DNA of 64,000 nucleotides from Mobula hypostoma (GCF_963921235.1 NC_086108.1:20646001-20710000), one strand, 5' to 3'. Positions 49,110-63,400 are shown, counted from the first letter of the stretch. A program made the numbers and translations. Notes: generated from the sequence alone by a model not told the origin.

Positions 49110-52100
49110 TTATAAATTGGCTAGACGTCGTCCCGACCGTCCACATCTGCGCCAGGTGCGCTGAGCTGCAGCTCCTAAGGGACCGCGTTGGGGAACTGGA
49201 GCTGCAGCTCAATGACCATCGTCTGGTCAGGGAGCGTGAGGGAGTTACAGGCAGGTGGTCACACCGGGGCCAAGGGAGGCAGACGAGTGGGTCACGGTTA
49301 GGAGGGGGAAGGGGAAGTGTCAGGTACTAGAGAGTACCCCTGTGGCTGTGCCACTTAACAATAAGTACTCCTGTTTCAGTACTGTTGCGGGGGACAGCAT
49401 ACCAAGGGAAGCAACAGTGGCCGTACCTCCGGCACAGAGTCCAGCCCTGTAGCTCAGAAGGGTAGGGAAAGGAAGAGGAGGGCAATAGTAATAGAGGACT
49501 CGATAGTTAGGGGGTCAGATAGACAATTCTGTGGACGCGGTCAGGAGACCCGGATGGTAGTTTGCCTCCCTGGTGCCAGGGTCCGGGATGTTTCTGATCA
49601 TGTCCAAGATATCCTGAAGTGGGAGGGTGAGGAGCCAGAGGTCGTGGTACATATAGGTAACAATGACATAGGTAGGAAAAGGGAAGAGGTCCTGAAAGGA
49701 GAATATAGGGAGTTAGGAAGGGAGTTGAGAAGAAGGACCGCAAAGGTAGTAATCTCAGGATTACTGCCTGTGCCACGTGACATTGAGAGTAGGAATGGAA
49801 TGAGGTGGAGGATAAACGTGTGGCTCAGGGATTGGAGCAGGGGGCAGGGATCCAAGTTTCTGGATCATTGGGACCTCTTTTGGCACAGGTGTGACCTGTA
49901 CAAAAAGGACAGGCTGCACTTGAATCCTAGGGGGACCAATATCCTGGTGGGGAGATTTGCGAAGGCTACTGGGGAGACTTTAAACTAGAATGGTTGGGGG
50001 TGGGAATCAAATTGAAGAGACTAGGAGAGAGGTGGTTAGTTCACAAATAGAGAAAGCTAGTAGACAGTGTGTGAGGGAGGATAGGCAGGGGACAAAGAAT
50101 GGGAGCACTCAGACCGAAGATGTAGGGGAGAAGGAAGAAAAGGATAACAAAGTTGTTTGCACCATTTGGGATAAACAGAGTGTAAGAGGTGGAGAGTTTC
50201 ATAAATGCATCTATTTTAATGCTAGGAGTATTGTAAGAAAGGTGGATGAGCTTAGAGCATGGATTGACACCTGGAAATATGATGTTGTAGCTATTAGTGA
50301 AACATGGTTGCAGGAGGGGTGTGATTGGCAACTAAATATTCCTGGATTTCGTTGCTTCAGGTGTGTTAGAATCAGAGGGGCAAGAGGGGGAGGTGTTGCA
50401 TTGATTGTCAGAGAAAATATTACAACGGTGCATTGGCAGGATAGAGGACTCGTCTAGGGAGGCTATTTGGGTGGAATTGAGGAATGGGAAAGGTGTAGTA
50501 ATGCTTATAGGGGTGTATTATAGACCACCTAATGGGGAGCGAGAATTGGAGGAGCAAATTTGTAAGGAGAGAGTAGATATTTGTAGTAAGCACAAGGTTG
50601 TGATTGTGGGAGATTTTAATTTTCCACATAGAGTCTGGGAAACCCATTCTGTAAAAGGGCTGGATGGTTTGGAGTTTGTAAAATATGTGCAAGGTAGTTT
50701 TTTTGCAGCAATACATAGAGGTACCAACTAGAGAAGGGGCAGTGTTGGATCTCCTGTTAGGGAATGAGATAGGTCAGGTGACAGAGGTATGTGTTGGAGA
50801 ACACTTCGGGTTCAGTGATCACAATGCCATTAGTTTCAATATAATTATGGAGATGGATAGGACTGGACCCAGGGTTGAGATTTTTGATTGGAGAAAGACT
50901 AACTTTGAGGAGATGCGAAAGGACTTAGGAGGAGTGGATTGGGACAACTTGTTTTATGTGAAGGATGTAATAGAGAAATGGAGGTCATTTAAAGGTGAAA
51001 GTTTGAGGGTACAGAATCTTTATATTCCTGTTAGGTTGAAAGGAAAGGTTAAAAGTTTGAGAGAGCAAGGTTTTCAAGGGATATTGGAAACTTGGTTTGG
51101 AAAAAGAGAGAGATCTACAATAAATATAGGCAGCTTGGAATAAATGAGGTGCTTGAGGAATATAAAGAATGTAAAAAGAATCTTAAGAAAGAAATTAGAA
51201 AAGCTAAAAGAAGATATGAGGTTGCTTTGGCATGTAAGGTGAAAATAAATCCAAATGGTTTCTACGGTTATATTAATAGCAAAAGGATAGTGTGGGATAA
51301 AATTGGTCCCTTAGAGAATCAGGGTGGATGGCTATGTGTGGAGCCAAAAGAGATGAGGGAGATTTTGAACAATTTCTTTTCTTCGGTATTCACTAAGGAG
51401 AAGGATATTGAACTATGTAAGGTAAGGGAAACAAGTAGGGTAGAATGGAAACTATAATGATTAAAGAAGAGGAAGTACTGGCGCTTTTAAGGAATATAAA
51501 AGTGGATAAGTCTCTGGGTCCTGACAGGATATTCCCTAGGACCTTGAGGGAAGTTAGTGTGGAAATAGCAGGGGCTCTGACACAAATATTTAAAATGGCA
51601 TTAGAAACGGGGTTGGTGCCAGGGGATTGGCGTATTGCTCATGTTGTTCCATTGTTTAAAAAGGGTTCTAAGAGTAAACCTAGCAATTATCCGCCTGTGA
51701 GTTTGACGTCAGTGGTGGGTAAATTGATGGAAAGTATTCTTAGAGATGGTATATATAATTATAGAAACATAGAAAATAGGTGGAGGAGTAGGCCATTTGG
51801 CCCTTCGAGCCTGCACCGCCATTTATTATGATCATGGCTGATCATCCAACTCAAAACCCCGCCCCAGCCTTCCCTTCATACCCCCTGACCCCCGTAGCCA
51901 CAAGGGCCATATCTAACTCCCTCTTAAACACAGCCAATGAACTGGCCTCAACTGTTTCCTGGATAGACAGGGTCTGATTAGGAACTATATAATTATATGG
52001 ATAGAGAGGGTCTGATTAGGAACAGTCAACATGGATTTGTGCGTGAAAAGTCATGTTTGACAAATCTTATTGAATTTTTTGAAGAGGTTACTAGGAAAGT

Positions 52101-53216
52101 TGACAAGGGTAAAGTGGTGGATGTTGTCTATATGGACTTCAGTAAGGTCTTTGACAAGATTCCACATGGAAGGTTAGTTAGGAAGGTTCAATTGTTAGGT
52201 ATTAATATTGAAGTAGTAAAAAGAATTCAGCAGTGGCTGGATGGGAGACGCCAGAGAGTAGTGGTGGATAACTGTTTGTTAGATTGGAGGCAGGTGACTA
52301 GTGGTGTGCTCAGGGATCTGTACTGGGTCCAACATTATTTGTCATTTCAAAGCTTGCAGAGAGATTTAGGCCAGTTAGAAGAGTCGGCTGAAAGATAGCA
52401 GATGGAGTTTAATGCTGATAAATGTGAGGTGCTACATTTTGGTAGGACTAATCAAAATAGGACATACATGGTAAATGGTAGGGCATTGAAGAATGCAGTA
52501 GACTAGAGGGATCTAGGAATAATGGTGTATAGTTCCCTGAAGGTGGACTTTCATGTGGATAGGGTGGTGAAGAAAGCTTTTGGTATGCTGGTCTTTATAA
52601 GTCAGAGCATTGAGTATAGGAGTTGGGATGTAATGTTAAAATTGTATAAGGCATTGATAAGGCTAAATTTGGAGTATTGTGTACAGTTCTGGTCACCAAA
52701 TTGTAGGAAAAATGTCAACAATATTGAGAGAGTACAGAGAAGGTTTACTAGAATGTTACCTGGGTTTCATCTCCTAAGTTACAGAGAAAGGTTGAACAAG
52801 TTGGGTCTTTGTTCTTTGGAGCGTAGAAGGTTGAGGGGGGACTTGATAGAGGTATTTAAAATTATGAGCGGGATAGATAGAGTTGACGTGGATAGGCTTT
52901 TTCCATTGAGAGTGGGGGAGATTCGGACAAGAGGACATGAGTTGAGAGTTAAAGGGCAAAAGTTTAGGGGCAACATGAGGGGGAACTTCTTTACTCAGAG
53001 GGTGGTAGCTGTGTGGAACGAGCTTCCAGCAGAAGTGGTTAAGGCAGGTTTGAAGTTGTCATTTGAAGTTAAATTGGATAGCTATATGGACAGGAAAGGA
53101 ATGGAGGGTTATGGGCTGACTGCAGGTCGGTGGGACTAGGTGAGAGGTAGTGTTCGGCACGGACTAGAAGGGTCGAGATGGCCTGTTTCCGTGCTGTAAT
53201 TGTTATACGGTTATAT
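49110..53216 (+). mobile_element. Near full-length CR1 LINE: ORF1 (CxxC, coiled coil, SGNH esterase-like) and frameshifted ORF2 (APE and RT)
   Basis: HICARCAELQLLRDRVGELE; ORF 49554..49988 (CLPGA, HIGNND, DRLHLN); ORFs 49990..50457, 50405..50731, 50685..51831, 51997..52398, 52522..53139; internal RT deletion near 52345. Confidence 0.93.
51763..51958 (-). mobile_element. Short CR1-type 3' tail inserted in opposite orientation into the CR1 above
   Basis: agaaacatagaaaataggtggaggagtaggccatttggccc tail interrupts ORF2 at GIYNY|LDRQGL. Confidence 0.8.
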
Positions 53217-54139
53217 GACGAAATCACCAGTGTATTTTTGAGATGAAAAACAGCAAGGCTCACAGCAGTATGCAAAACAAACCCAGAATCTGATGACACA
53301 ATGCTAGATTTAAACCTGGTAAGCTGTTTTAATTTTTTGAATGGAATCTTAGGCCTGACATTTAAGTAGTTTCTCAAACTACTGCTGAAAGTGTGTTTAA
53401 TGGAGTAGAATTACTTTATGATAAGAAAAAATAATTGCTTTAGAAATTAAGGAGTAAGATGGTTTAATTCAATAGCTTAAATGGTACAGGAAAGCACTAC
53501 ACTCTTCACACCATGCTAGCTACACTCATTAAGAGATTGGATTGGAGCACAAAAGGCATTGACATGGAATGTTTTATAATTATCCCCGGCTGGATCTGTA
53601 GCATATAACAGATGTATTTTGGGTATACTTTTAAGGCTAGTATTTGTTTGAACACTCTCCAAGGCCTTTATTTTGCTAAAACTTGAGTTACAGGAATAAA
53701 AGAATAAAGGAATATTAAAGTAGTTGTACGTATTCTACGACACTCCTCTGAACTTGATGTTTTATACTAGACTGCCATCAACTAATTCATTTCCCATCTG
53801 TCATATAGAAATGCCTGGGAAGGGGTAAGCCATAATCTCTAACCTGCACATCTTAATAGTACCTGTTCTATTTTTTGTTGCATCTGAAGTCTGCCAATTG
53901 GGAGGATATGCGATCTTAGGAAATATTGGTATCAGATCAGAGACATTGTTGTTGAGTTAGATGGTTGAGGAGATGATTCCATGTCCCCTTTTAAAAGATT
54001 TCTCAAAATCAATCCTAACTAAGACAATTATGGTTTTGATCCAATCTTGAAATCCCTTTAAATAGGATTGGGTAGAGCTCCCATTTTCTACATCCTGGGG
54101 TAAGGCCCCTATTTGAAAAAATGTTATAATATAGCTTTA

Positions 54140-55030
54140 CAAGATGGTGCCAAGCTGTGTCCTCTGTTGAGGTTATGGTTCAATTTTCATTTTTTTTAAT
54201 GGGTTCTTGGGTTCATGGGGATGGTTTTAGCAACAGAGAGGGAAATTAGGGGTCAGGTTAAGGTTTGGCAATAGGGATATAAGGAAATTAGAGAACAGGC
54301 CCGAGTCCTAAGTCTCTATTCGCATCTGAAGGCCAGTGACACGGACTTTGGATATTGCAGGCTATATTAAGATGTCAGGCCTTATGTTAGACTAGCGTAG
54401 AAGGCTGGTGGCCATCCACAGGGTTAGTGAAATGCTGGAAGATTCCAGAGTTGGAATTCTGTGTGGGCAGGAGGAACCTCATGGGTTTGCGAATCAGTGA
54501 GACCAGAGTTTGAGATGTAGTGTTTGGGGTCCTGTCATTGATAAGTCTGGTGTACAGTGATTGATAGATCCAGGGATCAATGCCAAGGATTGAGGTCTGA
54601 GGGTTGAATCGGAGGTCCAGAGGTCAAGGCCTGATGGCTGTAGCCCTGGGTGTGCGAATCTCTGTGAGTCAGCTCGGGTAGTCAAAAGCCCAATGTCTGT
54701 GTGTCGAAGTCTGAATCTGAATTTGCTCGGGGCTAGAGGCTGAAGGAGACTGCCTGCCTTCAGGTTAGAGGACTGTGCATGTATGTGGGAGGGAGGGAGG
54801 GAGGTATAGAGCTTGTTTTGCTGTTGGTGTTTTGTTGCTTGTTGCTTTCTGTTTTATTGCATTTTGTGTTGTTTTGCCAAGCTTTGTGGGCATGCTATGT
54901 TGGCACCAGAATGTGTGGCAATACTTGTGGGCTGCTTCCAGCACAAACACTGGTGTGTTGCTTATCAATACAAATGACGCATTTCATCGTATGTATCAAT
55001 ATACATGTGTAGAATAAATTTGAATCTTGA
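54140..55030 (+). mobile_element. Family B non-autonomous retroposon
   Basis: Starts cAAGATGGtgcc, ends aataaatttgaatcttga; collinear with 17098-17850. Confidence 0.6.
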
Positions 55031-55849
55031 CCTGAAGCTACATTTTGGCCCCAAAATAATGCTTTTAAGGTTACCACCATATCTTTGGTTTTGACCAGTA
55101 GCCTCATCCTGTAGTCTTTCATCCCGGTACTTTTAAAAGTGACAACGGTTTTTGCCCCAGCCATTCCTTCAGGTATTGTGTGTCATGCTATACATACTAA
55201 AGGTGACATATATTTTGCTCTCTTCCTCTCTAAACCTTTTCCCTTAGTTAATGGGGTCCTGAGGGCCAACTTTTTCCACACAGTGACGTGTATACGAAAC
55301 AAACTTTAATGTATGAAATGTTAAATGTGTGGGTACATTTATAACAGTTAAGACATTTAGACAGGTATGCGGATAGGCAACATTTAAAGGGATAGGGACT
55401 AAATGCAGGAAAATGGGACTAGGCCAAGTAGGGAACTTGAATGGGTTGGGATTAAGAGCCTGTTTATATGCCCTATAACTCAGACAGATTGTAGACAGAG
55501 AGAAACTATTCTCTGTGGAACAAGAGTTAACAACTAAGAGACATAAGATAAAACAGAATGGGAGAATGTGCATCCTGGGTGGAGGATTGTAGAGTGAGCA
55601 GTGACAGATTTTTGTTTACTTAACAGGTTTTGGCAATTAAAGTATGGGAGAGATCAATGCTGGAGGGATCAGGGGCCCAGGCTTGTTTACGTGCCGGTTT
55701 AAATACCTCTTAAGCAGTACTATCATATCTGCTTCTACCACCTCCTCTTCAACGCAAACCTCCGGAAGATAATATACAGATAAAGCAAATAAACAGTATA
55801 TTGCACCGGCAGAGGATTTGAGTACTAAATTAGCAATGTTACCTTCAAA

Positions 55850-56430
55850 TTATAAAAGGCCAGGGAGTATCCACATATAGAACATAGTAAACTAAGCTGG
55901 TCTCCCTAACTCAGGAAGGATATACAGTATTTGTCGTGGGAATGCAGTAAAGGCTCACTGGATTGATTACTGGGATGTCAGGTATGCCATATGAGAAGAA
56001 AATAAGAAAACTGTACCTATAGCATCAAACTTAGAATACTGAGGAATAATCTCATTGATACATTTAAAGTTTTCTTAAGCCTCCAAATGCCAGATGTGAT
56101 GTTAATGTTTCCCCTTGTTAGGCTGTTTAGAAACAGGGGTCATAGTTTTAAACTAAAAGAGTCAGCCATTCTGGACAGAGATGACAAAATTTTTTTTCTT
56201 TCCAGGATGTAGTATATCATTGGAATTCTTTACCTACAGGCTGTGGAGTGTAAGTCATTGAATTTGTTCAAGAGAGAGACCAAGAGACTTTTTGATATTA
56301 AGGGAATCAAGAGATATGGGGTCAACATAGGAATATCTTACTAGAGTTAAAAAGTTAGTCATGATCTCAGTGAATTGCAAAGCTGATGGGAGGACCCATA
56401 CAGCCTACTCCTTTCTTAAGTTTTAATGTT
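55850..56430 (+). mobile_element. Old CR1 3' fragment
   Basis: Decayed match to the CR1 C-terminus and tail (aatctcattgatacatttaaa, cagggggtcatagttt, ttggaattcttt, cctactcct). Confidence 0.6.
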
Positions 56431-59400
56431 CCAATGTGATTTGCAAAAAGCCAAACACACACAGGCAGCAAATGGTTCAGGTCCAGAATGCATTGCTGAC
56501 AGTTGTGCAGCAGGCAGATTCAACTGTAGCAAGTTAGGGGAACTGATAAAGTTTCTCTTAAATATTTTGCTAGAAATCTGCACCTTCTGCATCTTTTAAT
56601 CAGTTATTCTACGATCAGAAGTCTTGTCTAGCGATGGGATTCCATTTGGCACAAAGACAACTGGCAGGACTGAATGTCCTAAACCACTCCTGAACCAGGG
56701 AAATAGATTCGAGAAGCAGGGAGCCTAGCCTCAAAATTGAAAGTGTATCATATATATAGAATAATGACTATCATAAGAAAGAATAATTAATTAGTAGTAA
56801 CAGGCAAATGCAAGTTCAATGCACTACATGCTACTGGGATACAGAGTGGAGCTCAAAATAATTTCAATCATATCTAATGTAATCTGCAATTAACATAAAC
56901 CTCAGCATGATGTAGTAACTGATTTTTATACCACAGTACCCAGTTCAAAGTAAATGTTATCAAAATACATACATTTCACCATATACAACCCTGAGATTCA
57001 TTTTCTTGTGGGCATACTCAGTACGGTTACTATTCTGTAGATTTGTTAAAACCCATTGTTCAAAGATAAAATGCAAATTACTATTTCCCATTTTAACCAA
57101 TTAGAAATCGACAATTGAGGAAATAACAAGTTCAGTAAATTGCACATTTATATACAAGAACTTTGGCCTGGAAGCAATTTTGCATGTGTTCTAATCAATT
57201 CTTAAAAAGTTTGTTGTTCTAAGCTAAAGCTGCAGCACATAAACCTCTGCTAAGACATCATATTATAAACCACATGCTTTGATTTTTTTTGTAATCAGAC
57301 TCATTTTTGATAGCGTGCAAGGAAAAGTATAGTTTAGTGAACACTGACAGTGTAAAGTGCAAACAAAGAAGAACTTTTATCCCCATTCCATCTGTTTCAC
57401 TAGGAACCTGTGATTAAATGTTCGGAGAAAGGAAATCACTTGCTCAATTAGTTCTAAGTGCCATTACGTCATAGGTGTGTAGTTCTCATAAACCTAATGC
57501 TCGTGTTCTTAAGGAGACTGTCAGTCTGGCTTATGTTGATCCAGTGTCTACCGACTGCAACCCACCATTTCACAGAGACGAGCCCTGAAGCTGTAAAACA
57601 GTACAGACAGTTACACCATAACAGCAACGAGTCTCATGATTTTTCTGTTAACTGAAAACAGAACTTTTAAGTCTTTACGTCTGGCACAGGGTTGCAGTGC
57701 TATATTCCTTTCAGCTTTATTGAAGGTATTGCATGCAAATAATTTTGTCAGAAAACAATGCCTTTGGATCTGTAACAACATGGAAGAGAGCTTTTCACGA
57801 GTTTGTTTGCTGCTGCAGAAATCTTTGTGACTATTTCAAGGAGCAGTACAAATTGGAAACTTTTCATCTGACTTTGAAACTTCACTTCAACACGCACACA
57901 GGAAAAGGAATCAGGTTTGTTTTATTCATGAACACAATGTAGAGTTTTTTGGCTTGCTGATCTTTGTTAATGAGTTTTGATATAATTTGCTTTTTGGACA
58001 ATCACAGTTTTTGTTTATTGGCAACAAAGAAGTGTGATTACTAAAGCAATTTAATCAAGTTGTTAATGACAGCATTATTCAATACCAGTGGCTTACACCC
58101 GTGAAGGTTAGTTTTGTGACCTTGCATTTACTTCAACCAGTGTTTTGTTTGAAGTGCTTTTGATTTAAAATCGGTAGACAAAATATATTACCTTGGACTT
58201 GGAATATTCAACATGATCTTTAGGCAAACTTTTCAGGGACTTTTTAGATAAACACATGAATGTGAGGAAAATGGAGGGATAGGGACATTGTATAGGCAGA
58301 GGAGATTAGTTTAATTCGCCATTCGAATGCTAATTTAATGTGCTCAGCATAATATTATGGACCGAAGGGCCTGTTCCTGCGCTGTACTGTACTATTTTCT
58401 CTATGATTTAAATGTGTCTGAAAAATTTAATCTTTTAAATCCCAATGTAGCATTTTTTTCCTAACTTAATGCCAAAAATATGTGCACTAAGTAAAATGTG
58501 TTCACGAACCTTTCACTCTCTGTTCAACATATTTGTAGAAATATAATGTTGCAGGTTGTAAATACTGCATATCACATTTCTTTGGCTGAAGAAAATTACC
58601 AGCTAAAAAGGCTTTCGTTAACAAAATGATAAAGCTTAAGCAGAGATTGAAAAAAAGCTTGAGCCGTAAAATTAGTTTCCTGAGCCCACATTAAAACTCG
58701 TGTTCTATTTGGCTTGATATTAACTTCATGAACGTTAAATCAAATTCCAACTCAGATGGCGGTCTTTTTGCTTTATAAATGAGGTATTAACAGAACATAA
58801 TGGTGCTGAAGTTTTACTTGGGTTGCTTTAGAGTTTGGACCACTACCTCAATTATCATCTTTCTGAAAAAAAAATAAATATAGTGCTCACTTATTTTGTC
58901 CTGGTGCCATTTTAATTTAATCTCAAATTATAACACAGGCAGTTGTTTCCAGCAAAATTATCAACTAGGGTTTGAAATACACTTACGAAGTAATACAAAT
59001 TACTCAGATGCTGAATTACAAATTCAGCTTTGTCAGGTCTTTGCAAGGCCTTTCAAGTGTCTCAAGAGAGCAACTTTACATGATCAGCCATGTTGACTTT
59101 CTTTCTAAATCAATTTCTAATGCTTTTCTAAGATTTATTTGCAGAAAGTACACCCCTGGAAAGTGGCTACAATGTTCCAGGATCTTTCTATATCAGGAGC
59201 TCAGTTAGAGATTTAACTGAATTAACCCTTGAAAAGATTGCAACACAATATTGATAATTCATCACAATTATGTGACAAGTTAAAGCAGTGTATTCTATTC
59301 ATTAAGTAGTTATATATAGTTCCAGAATCACTGTTTTATTTAATTTTTAAAGCTTTTTTTTGTGAAAAATCTGTTGCTTAATCAACTTGGCAAAGACAGA

Positions 59401-61227
59401 ATTATTCCTAAAATTAATTTATTACTTAGAAAAGACAGAATTTTTAAAAATTCAAAATGATCACATTGCACATCAAATCACAGAATTGGAGGGATTAAGG
59501 GTGCAGGGAACAAATGATCATGAAGTAACCAATTATTGTGGCAGTTTATGACAGTCAGAATATATCAAACAGATCATAATTAAAACTGCCAATCTATAAT
59601 GTTTCATACAAAATTAGTTTTTCAGCAAACAGGAGCTGGGATATCACAATCCACGTTTCAATGTCTGGAAAGAATGTTCCAGACAAGAGAAATAAGCAAG
59701 AGAATCACTGAATGATACAGTACAAAAAGAAGCCATTTGAGTAACTCTGAGTTACCCAAATAATTCCACTTTTTTTTTGTTATTTTTCCATTACTCTGCA
59801 GTTTGTTTTCCATTTAAGTAGCAACCAAGTGTCTTTTAAAGATACTATTTGACCTAGTTCCACTACTTTTCCAACTTTGCATTCTAGAATAGTACATTAG
59901 GTCATGGTATATTAAAAAAAAATTGTCTTGCCTGCTTTTACCACATAAACTGCACTTTATAAAGATGAAAAAAAAGAATTCATATAGCATCTTGTACATC
60001 CATGAAAACATTTCAAAGCACATCACAGCCAATAAAGAACTTGTTTGAAGTTTAGAAAATATTTCAGAAATACTTCCCTGCAATATTGTTTGAAGAAAAA
60101 TATCAGGAAGAATACCAGTGATAATTCTACTGCTTTTCAAAGCAATACCAGAGAGTCTCTGTATGCCACTTAAGACCTTGCTACTTGGTCAGGCTGCATG
60201 ACTGAATGTTGTACATTCTGAGAATTAAGATCAGTCTTTTGCATCTGGATAATGTTTGCAATAGATGGAGAAAGCTTTTGTAAATTATAAGGTTCCTGTA
60301 CTTCATAATCATTTGTATAAAATAGAAAAATGAAGAGTAATAGCACAAAACTAAAAGTTATAATGTACATTATAAATGGGTTGATCTAATACTGTATGCT
60401 GCAGTTTTGGAAGGGATCTATTGCTGTGGAAAAGGTGCAGAAAATAATTACTTGAATGTTACTAGGTATGATGGACTAAAGGAGAAAGCCTGGAGAAAAT
60501 GGTATTGTTCTCTTTTGTGCAAGGTCAAGGAGATGTGATTGAGACCCAGACAGAGAAAATGCTTCCAGTGACAGAAACATCAGGCACCTGGGGACATAGA
60601 TTGTTGATTGATAGAAGTACCAAAGGCTATGAGTTTTAAGTGATTAGTTTTGAGAATGCATTGCCTAACCAGTAGCACAAGCAAAATTAGTCATAGATTT
60701 CAGAAGGAAATTGGGTCAGGCATTGAAATGAGGAAAAATATCCAGATTTGCGCTGCAATCTGAAAGGCTGTATTCTTGAGGAGAACTGGCATTGTTTTAA
60801 AGAGTTGCTTCCTTCTGTGCTGGTAACTATGGTAAGATTTTTTTCATAAGAAAAGGAATCAAATGTGCCTCTAAATTGTGTGTTTTAGTCTGATTCCTAT
60901 CAACCCAATTTGGTAACTAAAAGATCAATATTGCAAGTATTTGAGAATCATAAAAAAAATTACACATTTCTGGTAAATTGGTTTGAAGCTAGTAATGGGC
61001 ATGTTAGAGATTACTTCATCTTTTCAGCAGAACAAGCCTTCCATGAAAAGAAATCACATCTAACGAAAATTAATGTCATTTCAAAGCTAGAAACTGAAAG
61101 CTTTTGTAGTGTCCAATTTAGATTTTGTCTGATTACAAGCAAAGAAATAAACTAAATAGGAAAGAAAACATTAGATTAGATTATGAGGACACGCAGTCCT
61201 CTTTTATTGTCATTTAGTGATGCGTGC

Positions 61228-62146
61228 AATGATACAACAGTTGTAGGCCGTATCTCAGGTAATGATGAGTTTGAGTACAGAGAGGAAATTAAGAACCTGG
61301 TGGCATGGTGCGAAGACAATAACCTATCCCTCAACGTCAGCAAGATGAAGGAATTGGTTGTTTACTTCAGAAGGAGTAGCGGACCACATGACCCAATTTA
61401 CATCGGTGGTGCGCAACTGGAACAGGTCAAAAGCTTTAAGTTCCTCGGGGTCAATATCACAAATGACCTGACTTGGTCCAACCAAGCAGAGTTCACCGCC
61501 AAGAAGGCCCACCAGTGCCTTTACTTCCTGAGAAAACTAAAGAAATTTGGCCTGTCCCCTAAAACCCTCACTCATTTTTATAGATGCACCGTAGAAAGCA
61601 TTCTTCTAGGGTGCATCACAACCTGGTATGGAAGTTGTCCTGTCCAAGACCGAAAGAAGCTGCAGAAGATCGTGAACGCAGCACAGCACATCACACAAAC
61701 CAATCTTCTGTCCATGGACTCACTTTACACTGCACGCTGTCGAAGCAGTCCTGCCAGGATAATTAAGGACATGACCCACCCAGCCAACACACTTTTCGTC
61801 CCTCTTCCCTCCGGGAGAAGGCTCAGGAGCTTGAAGACTCGTATGGCCAGATTTGGGATCAGCTTCTTTCCAACTGTAATAAGACTGCTGAACGGATCCT
61901 GACCCAGATCTGGGCTGTACCCTCCAAATATCCGGACCTGCCTCTCAGTTTTTTTTTTGCACTACCTTACTTTACATTCTTCTATTTTCTATTTATGATT
62001 TATAATTTAAATTTTTAATATTTACTAACCTTTACTATTTTTAATATTTAATATTTGTAATCCAGGGAGTGGGAAGCGCGGAATCAAATATCACTGTGAT
62101 GATTGTACATTCTAGTACCAATTGTTTGGCGACAATAAAGTATAAA
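61228..62146 (+). mobile_element. Rex/Babar-type LINE 3' fragment (RT C-terminus and 3' UTR), reading frame still open
   Basis: ORF 61183..61902 NDTTVVGRISGNDEFEYREEIKNLVAWCEDNNLSLNVSK...FKFLGV...SFFPTVIRLLN; AT-rich 3' UTR ending gacaataaagtataaag. Confidence 0.85.
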
Positions 62147-63004
62147 GGTGGTAGAAAGCATTAAAGATGTGTGCTTACATACTTGATTGATCACTACCAA
62201 GGTAAACAGGAAAATTTGTACCATTGACTACCATGTCAGCAGAAAGTCACAGACCACTATATCTTATTAACATGATTTAGAGTTTAAAAACATGTAATTA
62301 TGAAAACCTATCATGAAGTAGGCAGTTATTGGCACATCCAAACAAAACATCTAATTTTTAAAAAGAATCTTGTGGAACTTTGTGAGATAGTGGTAGTTAC
62401 GGTTTAATACATGGTTACTAGTATTTATTCCTTGACAATTGTTTTGTTCACCTTTTTAATTCAAGTTCATGTCATCATGACAATAGTAAAACAAGAACAG
62501 AATGAGAAATACTTTTGAAATTTCAGCTTGCAAGCCTCAAAGTTATAATCCTCTAGTACACATCTTGACAATTTGTCATTTCTCTTTGTACTGATGTAGA
62601 TGAGATAATATAAATGAAATATAATAGGGCTTTTGTAAAGACCTTGGTTTAAAAAAATAGATAATCACCAGCTATATGATGCAAAGAATTGTTTAAATAA
62701 TTTGTACAATAAACACAACAATATAGCAGCGGGAATACAAAGTGTAAAAATATATATTCTCATTGGCAGGATTAATGCTGAAATAGTTGTATGTTCTTAT
62801 ACAGTGGGATCTTGGTATACTGGACACAGGAAATTAACATGCAGGTAAACAATCAATTTAGAAGGAAAATGGTTTGTTGCTGCAATGTCAGGAAGTTGAA
62901 GTTCAAAATAGTTTGCATTATTTGTTGTAACTCAGCCTCTATATTACTGTACCCTATGTTTGAGCTCTTTCTCAACATGAATGGCCCAAAGGAAAAGGCT
63001 CTTC

Positions 63005-63400
63005 ATAGTCATACTTTATTGATCCCGGGGGGAAATTGGTTTTCGTTACAGTTGCACCATAAATAATAAATAGTAATAAAACCATAAATAGTTAAATAGT
63101 AATATGTAAATTATGCCAGGAAGTAAGTCCAGGACCAGCCTATTGGCTCAGGGTGTCTGACCCTCCAAGGGAGGAGTTGTAAAGTTTGATGGCCACAGGC
63201 AGGAATGACTTCGTATGATGCTCTGTTGCATCTCGGTGGAATGAGTCTCTGGCTGAATGTACTCCTGTGCCCAACCAGTACATTATGGAGTGGATGGGAG
63301 ACATTGTCCAAGATGGCATGCAACTTGGACAGCATCATCTTTTCAGACACCACCGTCAGAGAGTCCAGTTCCATTCCCACAACATCACTGGCCTTACGAA
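63005..63400 (-). mobile_element. Rex/Babar-type LINE 3' fragment (second family)
   Basis: ORF 63111..63380 ELDSLTVVSEKMMLSKLHAILDNVSHPLH...FSQRLIPPRC; tail ends cccggggatcaataaagtatgactatga. Confidence 0.7.

Noticed and set aside
61183..61902. 239-aa ORF as a host gene
   Set aside because: It is a LINE RT C-terminus, and its ATG comes from the adjacent inverted retroposon tail.
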